Source: Chloroflexota bacterium (GTDB lineage: Bacteria > Chloroflexota > Anaerolineae > UBA1429). Taken from it: DNA of 64,000 nt. The stretch lies in the NCBI GenBank assembly GCA_019873625.1, contig JAIOAW010000003.1, positions 39,675 to 103,674 of the forward strand. Reading direction: 5' to 3'. Below, in pieces: positions 33,902 to 43,198 of the stretch. Every line of letters begins with the position of its first letter. The first letter of the stretch is position 1. The notes under the pieces are model-generated. The model did not search any database and was not told where the DNA came from. It saw only the letters and a list, made by a program, of their open reading frames with translations. The position numbers and the translations under genes were made by a program.

Positions 33902-34470
33902 GGTGTAATCTCTCCTTGCACTGCGCGTCGGCGCCCCATAAGGCGCACCCAGAAAAAGAGGGATACGGCCGCTAAAATCGCGAGGCCCACATAAGCCCAC
34001 ACGTAACGGGGGCCAGCCCACCGATAGAGGGCATAGATGGCGCCCAACCATACGAGGTCCCACAGGAGGATGCGCAACGTTACGCCGAAGCACCCCATCC
34101 TGCGGCGCACGCGCACCCGCCCGCGGCGGCGCGCCTCACCGGCCTGCACGGGCTGAGCGGCGTAGGCTGGCGCACCGGGTGGGGCGGCGTACCCTTGGTA
34201 GGGGGCAGGCTCCACCGCCTGAGGTGGAGGCTGGGGCGCTGTGTAGGCGGGGGCCGGCGCTTGCTGGCCCGGCGGCGTGGCGGCCACCCATTGGCCTTCA
34301 TAGAAAACGAACCACTGCCCCGTGCGCTCCTGGATCATCCATAGGCGGCCCCATTCGTCCGTCACTTGGAGGGCGGCCAGTTGGGCGCGGTACTCCTCTT
34401 CGGTGAGGAACCCCGTCTGGCGCAGTTCCTCAAGGCGGCGAAATTCCCGTTCGGCCCGTTTGTAATCCAT
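33898..34470 (-). CDS. SHOCT-like domain membrane protein.
   Basis: The N-terminus MDYKRAEREFRRLEELRQTGFLTEEEYRAQLAAL is SHOCT-like. A Pro/Ala/Gln-rich linker and two C-terminal transmembrane helices follow. The stop overlaps the ATG of the protease gene. Confidence 0.4.
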   Translation of the reverse strand: MDYKRAEREFRRLEELRQTGFLTEEEYRAQLAALQVTDEWGRLWMIQERTGQWFVFYEGQWVAATPPGQQAPAPAYTAPQPPPQAVEPAPYQGYAAPPGAPAYAAQPVQAGEARRRGRVRVRRRMGCFGVTLRILLWDLVWLGAIYALYRWAGPRYVWAYVGLAILAAVSLFFWVRLMGRRRAVQGEITP

Positions 34471-34591
34471 AGATGACCTTCTTTCTCGAATCCATAACGC
34501 TTCTTGAACGCTATCATACTGTATTTCAAGGGGAAATGCTATGCCACGCGTTGGCGCGCCCCTCATTCCCCTTGCGTAACGCGCCCTCCGG

Positions 34592-35428
34592 TTACGCCGG
34601 CCAGGTCTGTTTGCCCCCATCTACGCGCAGGACTTGCCCGGTGATGTAAGAGGCAGCCGGAGAACAGAAAAAGGCCACCACGCGGGCGATCTCGATGGGG
34701 CGGCCGTAGCGCTCTAACGTGCCATCCGTTACGAGTTTTTCTTCCTCGATGGGGCGGCTGGCCACAAAGCGCGGGGTTACCGTATCTCCTGGGGCCACCA
34801 CGTTCACATAGACGTTGTAAGGCCGCATATTGAGCGCGAGGCAGCGCGAGTACTCGTGCACGGCGGCCTTGGCCGTGGAATAGATGGCCGATTGGGGGTT
34901 CCCGCCCAGCCCGGCGATGCTCCCGATGTTGACGATCCACCCCCGGCGGCGGGCCATCATCTCGGGGGCCACGGCGCGGCAGCAGAGGATGCAGGTGAGC
35001 AGATTGCGGTCCAGCACGGTGCGCAGGTCTTCGATGGAGATGTGGATGGCGTCGTTCCCCTCCGGTTTGCCGGCCAGGGGGGCGTTCACGCCGCGCGCCC
35101 CCACGTCGCCCCCGGCGCAGTTGACCAGGATGTCAATCTCCCCAAGGCCGGCGTGGATTTCTTCCACCAGGCGCTCTACGACCTCCGGCTGGGTCAAGTC
35201 GCCATATACCGGGAGCACGCGCACCCCGTGGGCGGCGGCCATTTGGCGCGCCACGGCCTCGAGCGATTCTCCCTCGCCAAAGGCCCGCGGCGAGGTGGGC
35301 GTAGTGCCGTGGATGGCGACGTCGGCGCCGAGTTCCGCTAGGTGGTCGGCGATGGCCCGCCCGATGCCGCGCGAAGAGCCGGTTACCCAGGCGATGCGCC
35401 CCGTCAAAAAGCGAACGGTCTCGATCAT
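34592..35428 (-). CDS. Short-chain dehydrogenase/reductase (3-oxoacyl-ACP-reductase-like).
   Basis: The cofactor-binding motif is [29 protein letters not shown]. The catalytic YxxxK is present. The start is ATG (MIETVRF) preceded by GGGAGG. Confidence 0.85.
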   Translation of the reverse strand: MIETVRFLTGRIAWVTGSSRGIGRAIADHLAELGADVAIHGTTPTSPRAFGEGESLEAVARQMAAAHGVRVLPVYGDLTQPEVVERLVEEIHAGLGEIDILVNCAGGDVGARGVNAPLAGKPEGNDAIHISIEDLRTVLDRNLLTCILCCRAVAPEMMARRRGWIVNIGSIAGLGGNPQSAIYSTAKAAVHEYSRCLALNMRPYNVYVNVVAPGDTVTPRFVASRPIEEEKLVTDGTLERYGRPIEIARVVAFFCSPAASYITGQVLRVDGGKQTWPA

Positions 35429-35570
35429 CCGCCCTCCCCGATCTTTACAGAATGTTTCATCCCAGGGGGCCAAAGGGGGTTGCCTTGCCCCTCGGTTGAT
35501 GATATAATCGCCGCACATAGGTAGAGTGTCAAGGTACCTTTTCCGCTCCCCGTAGCGATTGGAGAGACCC

Positions 35571-37097
35571 ATGGCAGAAGAGACCGCACCTATTGAGCGT
35601 TCGACGCGCCCACAGACGCTCCTTGAGGAGGGCATTGCCTTGGCCCGCAGTGGAGATCGCGCCGGGGCGCGCGAGGTCTTTCGCGGGCTGATCCAGAAGA
35701 ACCCCTACGATGAAGACGCCTGGCTGTGGCTAGCCTGGGTGGCGGAATCAAAAGAGAGCGCCCTGCGCTGTTTGGAGGAGGCCCAGCGCCTGCTGCCCGA
35801 AAGCCCCCGCGTGGCCGAGGCCATCGCCTGGGCCAAGGAGCAACTCGCCGCTGAAGCGCCGCCCCCCGCACCGAAGCCCTCGCTCAAGCCCCAAGCCAAA
35901 GTGGAGCCGCTGCTGAGCCGTTTGGATGGCGCGGCGCGATCCGTCCACGAGGCGGCTGCGCAAACGCTGGATGATCTCAAAGACCGGGTGGCCCTTTCGG
36001 CGTCGCTGGCCAAAGTGTCGCCCGGGTTGAGGGGATGGGCCGTCTCGGCCCTTTCGATGGCGGCGCTGATCTTGCTTGCCTTTTTGATCTTCCTGGCGGC
36101 CTCGCAGTTCCGGCGGAACGTGCCCGTGGTGCGTGCCCTGGAGTTGCCTCCGCCGACCCTGGTCGAGGCCACGCCCACGCCCTCTGTGGCCCAACGCACA
36201 AGCGCCCTGTGGACCAAGGTGGATGTGGCCTGGGTGCGGCAAGATTGGGAGTCGGTCATCGCCAGCCTGGAGCAGATCCGCGCCCTTGACCCGCGCAATG
36301 AGGAGGCCCGCCAACGCTTGGCGGAAGCGTATCATCAACAGGGGTTGGTGTATATCGCCAAGAACGACCTGGACGCGGCGGCGGACGTCTTGAACAAGGC
36401 CATTCGGCTGGATGCCTCTAGCCCAAGCCTGCAAAAGACGCATGCTGACCTGCAACTGTATCGCCAGGCGCTAGATGCCTATTGGGCCAAAGATTGGAGC
36501 AAGGCCGTGTCGCTCCTTCAGCAAGTGTATCAAACGGCGCCCGCCTTCCGCGATACGCGCACCCTCCTCGGCCAGGCTTACTGCTACCTGGGCGTGGAGA
36601 TGATGAAAAAAGAGGAACTAGAGTCGGCGCGCAATGCCTTGCGCACCTCGGTAGAACTCTTGCCCGATTGGCCAGAGGGCCAAGCGCGCCTTACGGAGGT
36701 GGAGAACCTCATCACGCCGCCGCGCCGCATCGAAGTGGACCTTTCGGACAAGATCGTAACCGTATATGAGGATGGCAAGGTCATCAAGACCTTCCGTGCC
36801 TGCACGGGGCGCCCCTCCGCGCCCACCGTGGCTGGCCGCTACAAGGTCAAGACGAAACTCGATATGGCCTATGCCTCCCGTTGGGATCTGCAAATGCCCT
36901 ACTGGCTTGGCATTTACGATGCCGGCGGGAGCGAGAACGGCTTCCACGCCCTGCCGATCTTGAGCAATGGGCAGACCCTGTGGCGCAGCGCCCTGGGCAC
37001 GGGTTGTTCTTATGGGTGCATCGTCCTCGATACGCCCGATGCCAAATGGCTCTACGACTGGGCGGATATCGGCACAGTGGTCATCGTGACCAAGTGA
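35571..37097 (+). CDS. TPR-repeat / transmembrane / L,D-transpeptidase (YkuD) fusion protein.
   Basis: N-terminal TPRs are followed by one transmembrane helix and more TPRs. The C-terminal YkuD domain has the catalytic segment FHALP...[12 protein letters not shown]. The ATG follows GGAGAG. Confidence 0.75.
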   Translation: MAEETAPIERSTRPQTLLEEGIALARSGDRAGAREVFRGLIQKNPYDEDAWLWLAWVAESKESALRCLEEAQRLLPESPRVAEAIAWAKEQLAAEAPPPAPKPSLKPQAKVEPLLSRLDGAARSVHEAAAQTLDDLKDRVALSASLAKVSPGLRGWAVSALSMAALILLAFLIFLAASQFRRNVPVVRALELPPPTLVEATPTPSVAQRTSALWTKVDVAWVRQDWESVIASLEQIRALDPRNEEARQRLAEAYHQQGLVYIAKNDLDAAADVLNKAIRLDASSPSLQKTHADLQLYRQALDAYWAKDWSKAVSLLQQVYQTAPAFRDTRTLLGQAYCYLGVEMMKKEELESARNALRTSVELLPDWPEGQARLTEVENLITPPRRIEVDLSDKIVTVYEDGKVIKTFRACTGRPSAPTVAGRYKVKTKLDMAYASRWDLQMPYWLGIYDAGGSENGFHALPILSNGQTLWRSALGTGCSYGCIVLDTPDAKWLYDWADIGTVVIVTK

Positions 37098-37137
37098 TGT
37101 TCTGAAAATATTCTATGCGACGTAAAGGGGTAGCCGA

Positions 37138-38370
37138 ATGACTGTGGTAACCAGTGGGCCGAACCTCGCCTGGCTCGATGAGGAACTCCGCAAAGAGAAA
37201 GCCCTCGTTGAAGAACTGCGCAACCTGGTGGATAAGCAGCAGGTGATGCTCGTGGACCAAACCCAGCGCATCCTTGCGCTGGAAGATCGCCTGACGAAAC
37301 TGCAAGGGCAGTTGGGGCGCATTGGCGATGTGGAAGAGGCCCTTCAGCATACGCGCGATGAGATCGTCCTGCTCGTCTCCGAGATGAAGCAGGATTTCCA
37401 AAAGCGCGAGACAGAATCTCTTCGCCTACGCCAGGCCGAGAGGGAAAAGGACCAAAAGACCATCCAGGAGATTCTGCTCGCCCTTGACCGCATCGCGCCC
37501 CTTGAACAGGCCCTGGCCGTGCGCCAGGCCGAAGATCAGCGCTTGAACGAGGCGATTTTGCGCCTCCAGCAGGACGTGCAATCCCTGGCCAAACTGCCCA
37601 GCGCGGTGGAGGAGTGGCGACGCCAGTTGGCCGATGGGATTGCAAAGAATACCGTCGAGATTCGCCAGACGCAGGGGGAGATGGCCGAACTCCGCAAGGC
37701 CCAACAGGAAAGCGCCTCGCGGTTGCTCGTGGTCAACGATGCACTGGCCAAGGTGGAGCAGGCTGTCGCCGAACTACAGGTGATGCGCCAGGAGATCGCG
37801 GCCCAGCAGGAGCAGATGGCCGAACGCCAGCGGCGCGAGGATCGTTCTCGCGCCCAGACGATGACGGAGTGGGGCCGCCGCCTGGACGGTTTTGCCCATC
37901 AGATGGAGGCCTGGGCCGATCAACTGCGCCTATTTGCCGATCAGCACGAAAAGAACCGCCGCGTGTTGAGGGATATCCAGTCCCTCGCGCAAGAGGTCAG
38001 CCAACAGCAGGATCGGCTCCAGCAGTTGCAGCGCCTGGCCGAGGAGCAACTGCGCCGCGAAATGCGCGAGATGCGCGGCGAGAATGATCGCCGTTGGGCG
38101 CAAGAGATGGAACGCCGCGAGCAGATTTTAGCGGCCCAAGCCCAGCGCGATGACGCCCAAGACCTTCGGCTGACCGATCTCGAGCAGGGCCACGAAGATC
38201 ACACCGCCGCCCTGGCTAGCCTGGAGGAACGGTTGGCCGCCCTGCGCACCGAGTTGGAGGCCTTGGCCGCGCGTCAGCAGCGCTTCCACCGGCAGGTCCT
38301 GCAAGCCTTCCAAAAACAGATGGAGGCGTTCGTGGCGCAAGCCATTGCCGACCTCGGCCCGGAGGGGTAA
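37138..38370 (+). CDS. Long coiled-coil protein (rich in Gln, Glu, Arg and Leu).
   Basis: 410 aa with an almost continuous heptad-like pattern. No enzymatic motif is visible. Its stop lies 2 nt before the selB GTG. Confidence 0.5.
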   Translation: MTVVTSGPNLAWLDEELRKEKALVEELRNLVDKQQVMLVDQTQRILALEDRLTKLQGQLGRIGDVEEALQHTRDEIVLLVSEMKQDFQKRETESLRLRQAEREKDQKTIQEILLALDRIAPLEQALAVRQAEDQRLNEAILRLQQDVQSLAKLPSAVEEWRRQLADGIAKNTVEIRQTQGEMAELRKAQQESASRLLVVNDALAKVEQAVAELQVMRQEIAAQQEQMAERQRREDRSRAQTMTEWGRRLDGFAHQMEAWADQLRLFADQHEKNRRVLRDIQSLAQEVSQQQDRLQQLQRLAEEQLRREMREMRGENDRRWAQEMERREQILAAQAQRDDAQDLRLTDLEQGHEDHTAALASLEERLAALRTELEALAARQQRFHRQVLQAFQKQMEAFVAQAIADLGPEG

Positions 38371-38372
38371 CC

Positions 38373-40268
38373 GTGTTCGTCATCGGCACGGCGGGGCATG
38401 TGGATCATGGCAAATCGGCGCTCGTCCGTGCTCTGAGCGGCATCAACCCAGACCGCCTGCGCGAGGAGCAAGAGCGCGGTATGACCATTGACCTGGGGTT
38501 TGCCTGGATGACCCTGCCCAGCGGCCGCGAGGTGAGCATTGTGGATGTGCCGGGCCATGAGGATTTCATCAAGAATATGCTCGCGGGCATCGGCGGCATT
38601 GACGTGGCGCTCCTGGTGGTGGCGGCCGATGAATCGGTGATGCCGCAGACGCGCGAGCATTTGGCCATCCTCGATCTCCTGGGCATCGCGCAGGGCGTGG
38701 TGGCCCTGACCAAGTGCGACCTGGTAACCGACCCCGAATGGCTTGCCCTCGTCGAAGAGGAAGTGCGAGAGACGCTGGCGGGCACCACGCTCGAGGGGGC
38801 GCCCATCATCCCCGTCTCCGCAGTGCGGGGCGATGGGCTGGAGGCGCTCTTGGCTGCGCTGGATGCGGCGCTTGATCGCGCACAGCCGCGGCCAGACCTC
38901 GGCAGGCCCCGGTTGCCCATTGACCGCGTGTTCACCATCGCCGGTTTCGGCACGGTGGTTACGGGCACCCTTTCGGATGGCTCGCTGCGGGTGGGCGAGG
39001 AGGTCGTCATCCAGCCGGGAGAGATCAAGGCGCGCATTCGCGGCTTGCAGAGCCATCGCACGCGGGTGGAGGAGGTTCACCCTGGGGCGCGCGTGGCCGC
39101 GAACCTGGTTGGCCCCAGCACGGAGGCCCTCTATCGCGGCCAAGTCCTCTCGCGGCCGGGGACCTTTCGCCCCACCCAGTGGGTAGACGCCCAGTTGCGC
39201 CTCCTGCGCGAGGTGCCGTGGCCGCTCAAGCACAACGCGCTGGTGGATTTTTACAGCGGCGCGGCGCGCGTGCCGGCGCGCCTTCGCCTGCTCGATGCGG
39301 AGGCCCTGCAGCCTGGCCAGGTGGGCTGGGCACAGTTCGTTTTGCAGGAACCCATCGTTTTGGCGCGGGGCGACCGTTTTGTCATCCGGCTCCCCTCGCC
39401 GAGTATGACGCTGGGCGGGGGCGTGGTCATCCAGCCGCACTCGGCGCGGCGCCACAAGCGCTTCCGCCCCGAGGTCATCGCGACCTTGGAGGCGCTCGCG
39501 CGGGGTAACCCGGAGGAAATCCTCCTTCACCAGGCGGGGCAGGGGGTCATCCCTTTGGGCGCTTGGCTCAAGGGTTCGGGGCTAGGCGAGGAGACGGCGA
39601 GCGCCGCCGCGAGGGCGCTCGTCGAGCGGGGCGAGATGATCCTCCTCGCCGAGGGCTGGCCCGAAAATCCCTTGCAAAGCACCGTGGGTGTCCTTTCTCG
39701 CGCTGCTTGGCAAGCGCTCACGGCCAAGGCCGAGGAGGAGTTGCGGGCTTACCATGCCCGTTACCCCCTGCGGGCGGGTATGCCCCGTGAGGAATTCAAG
39801 AGCCGCCTGGGGTTGAACGGCGCCTTTTTGGGGGCCTTTGTAGATCGCGCCGTGCGCGAAGGACTATTGGGGGCCACGCCCGGCGAAGTGCACCTGGCCT
39901 CGTTCGCCGTGCGGCTCGAGGGGGCCGCTCAAGAGGTCGTGGAACGCACTTTGGCGGCGTTCTCAGCCAACCCCGCTCAACCTCCCACGGAGGACCAAGT
40001 GCAAGCCTGGCTGGGGCCAGACCTCTTGCAGTACCTCGTCGAATCGGGGCGGCTCATCCGTTCGGGCGAGGGAGTGCTCTTTGAGCGGGAGGCCTTTCAA
40101 CAGATGGTGAACGCCGTGACGGCCTATGTGCAGGAGCACGGCAAGATCACGGTGGCCGAAGCGCGAGACCTCTTGGGCACAAGCCGCAAGTACGCCTTGG
40201 CCCTCTTGGAGGAGATGGATCGCCTGCGCCTGACAAAACGTCTGGGAGATGTGCGCGTATTGCGCTAG
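38373..40268 (+). CDS. selB: Selenocysteine-specific translation elongation factor.
   Basis: The N-terminus MFVIGTAGHVDHGKSALVRAL is the G1 motif, and DVPGHEDF is G3. The EF-Tu-like domains are followed by a C-terminal extension that SelB uses to bind the selenocysteine insertion element (about 630 aa total). The start is GTG, 5 nt after GGAGGGG. Confidence 0.9.
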   Translation: MFVIGTAGHVDHGKSALVRALSGINPDRLREEQERGMTIDLGFAWMTLPSGREVSIVDVPGHEDFIKNMLAGIGGIDVALLVVAADESVMPQTREHLAILDLLGIAQGVVALTKCDLVTDPEWLALVEEEVRETLAGTTLEGAPIIPVSAVRGDGLEALLAALDAALDRAQPRPDLGRPRLPIDRVFTIAGFGTVVTGTLSDGSLRVGEEVVIQPGEIKARIRGLQSHRTRVEEVHPGARVAANLVGPSTEALYRGQVLSRPGTFRPTQWVDAQLRLLREVPWPLKHNALVDFYSGAARVPARLRLLDAEALQPGQVGWAQFVLQEPIVLARGDRFVIRLPSPSMTLGGGVVIQPHSARRHKRFRPEVIATLEALARGNPEEILLHQAGQGVIPLGAWLKGSGLGEETASAAARALVERGEMILLAEGWPENPLQSTVGVLSRAAWQALTAKAEEELRAYHARYPLRAGMPREEFKSRLGLNGAFLGAFVDRAVREGLLGATPGEVHLASFAVRLEGAAQEVVERTLAAFSANPAQPPTEDQVQAWLGPDLLQYLVESGRLIRSGEGVLFEREAFQQMVNAVTAYVQEHGKITVAEARDLLGTSRKYALALLEEMDRLRLTKRLGDVRVLR

Positions 40269-40325
40269 AGCGCCCTGGGCACACGGAGCGGCTCAGGGGC
40301 ACCTTTTGCATAGGTGAGGGAAGAG

Positions 40326-41585
40326 ATGCCCGATCGAACCATACAGTTTCCGCTCGATGAGTCCATCGCCCGCCGCGCGCGGGCGCGGGCGGCCTTTTTG
40401 GGCGAGAGCCTCGACGCCATCCTACAACGGAGTGTAACCACCTGGCTAGGAGATTGGGGGCTGCGGTTCGTCGAGCATACCGTCAAGGCGGGAGAGACGC
40501 TCTCCCTCATCGCGCGGATGTACTATCAGGATGGGACGAAAGCCTCCGTCATCGCCGCCTTCAACGATATTGAGAACCCCAACCTCCTGCGCGTGGGGCA
40601 GGTGCTGCGCATCCCCGAGGCCGCGCCGCTCCAACCCCCGCCCAAGGGCGAATCGCCCTATATCTTTGGGCTGCACGATCGCGGCGGGGAGTATCTTATG
40701 GCCTGGGCGGGCCGCAAGGGGTGGGTCCTGTGCACCGAAGAGATCGGTGCCAACCGCAACGATTGGACGGGCCGTTCCTATGCCGATTTGGCCGAGGCGG
40801 GTTACGGCGTCATTGTGCGGCTGAATCACGGTTACGGCGCCAAGGGGACGCTCCCCTATTCCCAATACTATACGGATTTTGCCATACGCTGCGGCAACTT
40901 TGTGGAGCGTTCGCCGGGGTGCCACATCTGGATCATCGGCAACGAGATGAACTTGGCTGTGGAACGCCCCGGCGGCCCGGCCAACGGCGAGTGGATCACG
41001 CCGGAAAAGTACATCCGCGCCTTTCGCGCCTGCCGCCAGGAGATTCGTCGCCGCCCCGGCCACGCCAACGATCAGGTCATCCCCGGGGCGGTGGGGCCGT
41101 GGAATGTGCAAACGCCCTACCCCGCCAACCCTAGCGGCGATTGGATCATCTATTTTCGAGATATCCTCCTGGGCCTGGAGGGCGAACTGGATGGCATCGC
41201 CCTGCACACCTACGCTCGAGATAGCAACCCGGCGAACATCGTGAGCGAACTCAAGATGGACCCGCCCTTTCAGCATCGCCGCAAGATGTTCCGCACCTAT
41301 ATTGATTTTATGGAGGCCATCCCCACCTCTTTGCGGCATTTGCCCGTGTACATTACCGAGACGAACCAGAACATCGCCTGGGATAACGCGAACCGTGGGT
41401 GGATCCAGCAGGCCTATGCCGAGATCAACCGCTGGAACAGCGACCCCACCCGCCAAAAGATTCGGGCGCTCATCCTTTACCGCTGGGAGCAATATCCGGG
41501 GGATATTTGGTACATCCGCGGCAAGAACGGGGTCATCGAGGATTTCCGTGCGGCCCTGCAATATGACTACCGCTGGTACGGCTGA
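40326..41585 (+). CDS. LysM-domain glycoside hydrolase (clan GH-A-like TIM barrel) with an N-terminal ribbon-helix-helix-like segment. Putative cell-wall hydrolase.
   Basis: The LysM domain is HTVKAGETLSLIARMYY...LLRVGQVLRIP. Candidate acid/base and nucleophile motifs WIIGNEMN and VYITETN lie about 130 aa apart. No signal peptide is present. Confidence 0.55.
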   Translation: MPDRTIQFPLDESIARRARARAAFLGESLDAILQRSVTTWLGDWGLRFVEHTVKAGETLSLIARMYYQDGTKASVIAAFNDIENPNLLRVGQVLRIPEAAPLQPPPKGESPYIFGLHDRGGEYLMAWAGRKGWVLCTEEIGANRNDWTGRSYADLAEAGYGVIVRLNHGYGAKGTLPYSQYYTDFAIRCGNFVERSPGCHIWIIGNEMNLAVERPGGPANGEWITPEKYIRAFRACRQEIRRRPGHANDQVIPGAVGPWNVQTPYPANPSGDWIIYFRDILLGLEGELDGIALHTYARDSNPANIVSELKMDPPFQHRRKMFRTYIDFMEAIPTSLRHLPVYITETNQNIAWDNANRGWIQQAYAEINRWNSDPTRQKIRALILYRWEQYPGDIWYIRGKNGVIEDFRAALQYDYRWYG

Positions 41586-41603
41586 TCACGAGGAGCCAAC
41601 GAT

Positions 41604-42587
41604 ATGGACAAAATCAAGGATCTTTTGGGAGGAAGCGGGCGGCGAGGCGAGAAAGAGCGCGCGGCGGGAGGAGGCGTCATCAAAGAGCCGCCGATGGAGA
41701 TTGATGGCCGCGTGATGACCGTGGAGGAATTCGCAGCCTATGTGGAGGGGCTGGATTTCCCGCCCCCCTTGCCTAACCGCATCTTTTTGCACCACACGTG
41801 GAAGCCTACGGTGGAGAGTTGGCGGGGGCGTTCGACCATCCTGGCGATGAAGGCCTATTACGAAAAACAACTCTGGTATGATAACCAGGGGAACCTGCAC
41901 GAGGGATGGACGGCCGGGCCGCATATCTTTGTCGCGCCGGATGGCATTTGGCTCTTTAGCGATCTCCGCTATGACGGTGTGGGCGTCTACGGTAACAACT
42001 ACCGCTCGCGCCATGTGGAGATGGTGGGGAACTATGACCAGGTGTTACCCAGCGGGGCGGTGCTCGAGAATACGATCGCTGTGCTCGGCATCTTGCACGA
42101 CCGGCTGGGGCTGGACCCCAAGAAACTCGCCTTCCACCGCGATTTTTCGACGAAATCCTGCCCAGGGTGGGCCGTCAAGAAGGAGTGGATCATCCCCCAG
42201 GTGGAGGCCTGGATGGAGGCCTACCGGCGGGCAAAGGAGGCCGAGGAGAGCACCCTGCGCCGTGCCCTCAAGCGCTTGCTCAAGGATTGGCTCAAATCTC
42301 CCAATGGACAGGCCGCTTTAGCCCAAGAGGCGGCGCGGCGCGGCTTCTTGGGCCCGATGACGGACGAAATCCCTATGGAGATTGACGACAAGGGCTATAT
42401 CGTCCAGGTGTTTGCCGAGGCACTCATCGTCCCGGCCAATGAGTGGGAACGCGTTCAGAGCCTCAAGGAATACGAAGAGGCCCAAAAGGCCGAAAAGGAG
42501 GCCCCGCCGGCCGTCTCGGGCAGTTCTGCGCCGAGTGTCGTAGCGCCGCCGACGGACCCCTATGATTTCACGGGCGAAATCCGCTAA
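41604..42587 (+). CDS. N-acetylmuramoyl-L-alanine amidase (Amidase_2 / PGRP domain).
   Basis: The PGRP/amidase_2 signature is IFLHHTW...HIFVAPDG...HVEMVGNYD...LAFHRDFSTKSCPG. No signal peptide is present. An acidic Lys/Glu-rich C-terminal tail follows. Confidence 0.8.
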   Translation: MDKIKDLLGGSGRRGEKERAAGGGVIKEPPMEIDGRVMTVEEFAAYVEGLDFPPPLPNRIFLHHTWKPTVESWRGRSTILAMKAYYEKQLWYDNQGNLHEGWTAGPHIFVAPDGIWLFSDLRYDGVGVYGNNYRSRHVEMVGNYDQVLPSGAVLENTIAVLGILHDRLGLDPKKLAFHRDFSTKSCPGWAVKKEWIIPQVEAWMEAYRRAKEAEESTLRRALKRLLKDWLKSPNGQAALAQEAARRGFLGPMTDEIPMEIDDKGYIVQVFAEALIVPANEWERVQSLKEYEEAQKAEKEAPPAVSGSSAPSVVAPPTDPYDFTGEIR

Positions 42588-42605
42588 GGGCGCCGCAGAG
42601 GCACC

Positions 42606-43166
42606 TTAGGCGAGGTCAATGAGGAAGCGCCACAGGGCGCGGTGGGCCGCCGCGAGGAGGAGGACTGCTGCCGCCACGAAAAGGAGCGTGTTCACCGTCC
42701 ATGGGCGCACCACCAAACTGAGTGCCACCCCGGCGGCAGGGGGGTGCTCCGTATTCGTAACCACCATAGCCAAAATCGCCAGGCCGACGGCCAACCCGCC
42801 GAAAAGGATATCCTGAGCGCGGCTGGAGAGGGCGACCTGCTGGAGGGGGAGGCGGTCGGCCAGGGCACAACACGCCGCGCCGGCCACAATGCCCCAGAAA
42901 TAGCCCCCCAAAAGGGCACGTGGCCTTGCCCCATGAGACGTAGGCAGGGCAAAGAGGATAAAGGTCGTGGCGCCCAGGGTGGCGATGATTTCGGTGTGCA
43001 AAAGGGCGTCGAGGAAGAGCATCGTGGCGCCGATGGTCACGGCGGCGAGGGCGCACTGGGCCACATAGCGCCAAGGGTGCGCCCTCGCTTTTGCATCGAG
43101 CAGGCCGTCTATGTGCAGCCATCGGCCAAGGGGCCGTCGAGGCCAGGTTCTCACCGCTTTCCCCAT
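42606..43166 (-). CDS. HPP-family membrane protein.
   Basis: Four or five transmembrane helices and the eponymous motif TEHPPAAGVALS. Confidence 0.7.
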   Translation of the reverse strand: MGKAVRTWPRRPLGRWLHIDGLLDAKARAHPWRYVAQCALAAVTIGATMLFLDALLHTEIIATLGATTFILFALPTSHGARPRALLGGYFWGIVAGAACCALADRLPLQQVALSSRAQDILFGGLAVGLAILAMVVTNTEHPPAAGVALSLVVRPWTVNTLLFVAAAVLLLAAAHRALWRFLIDLA

Positions 43167-43198
43167 CGTGCTTTCGAGATATCGCCTATTCGCCCATC

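Noticed and set aside
41583-41606. An in-frame TGA between the LysM hydrolase and the amidase, which are in the same frame only 6 codons apart. This could have been a selenocysteine or read-through fusion endolysin, given that selB is adjacent.
   Set aside because: The amidase has its own AGGAGCC ribosome-binding site and ATG. No SECIS-like hairpin follows the TGA. A stop followed by an in-frame start is common in coupled genes.
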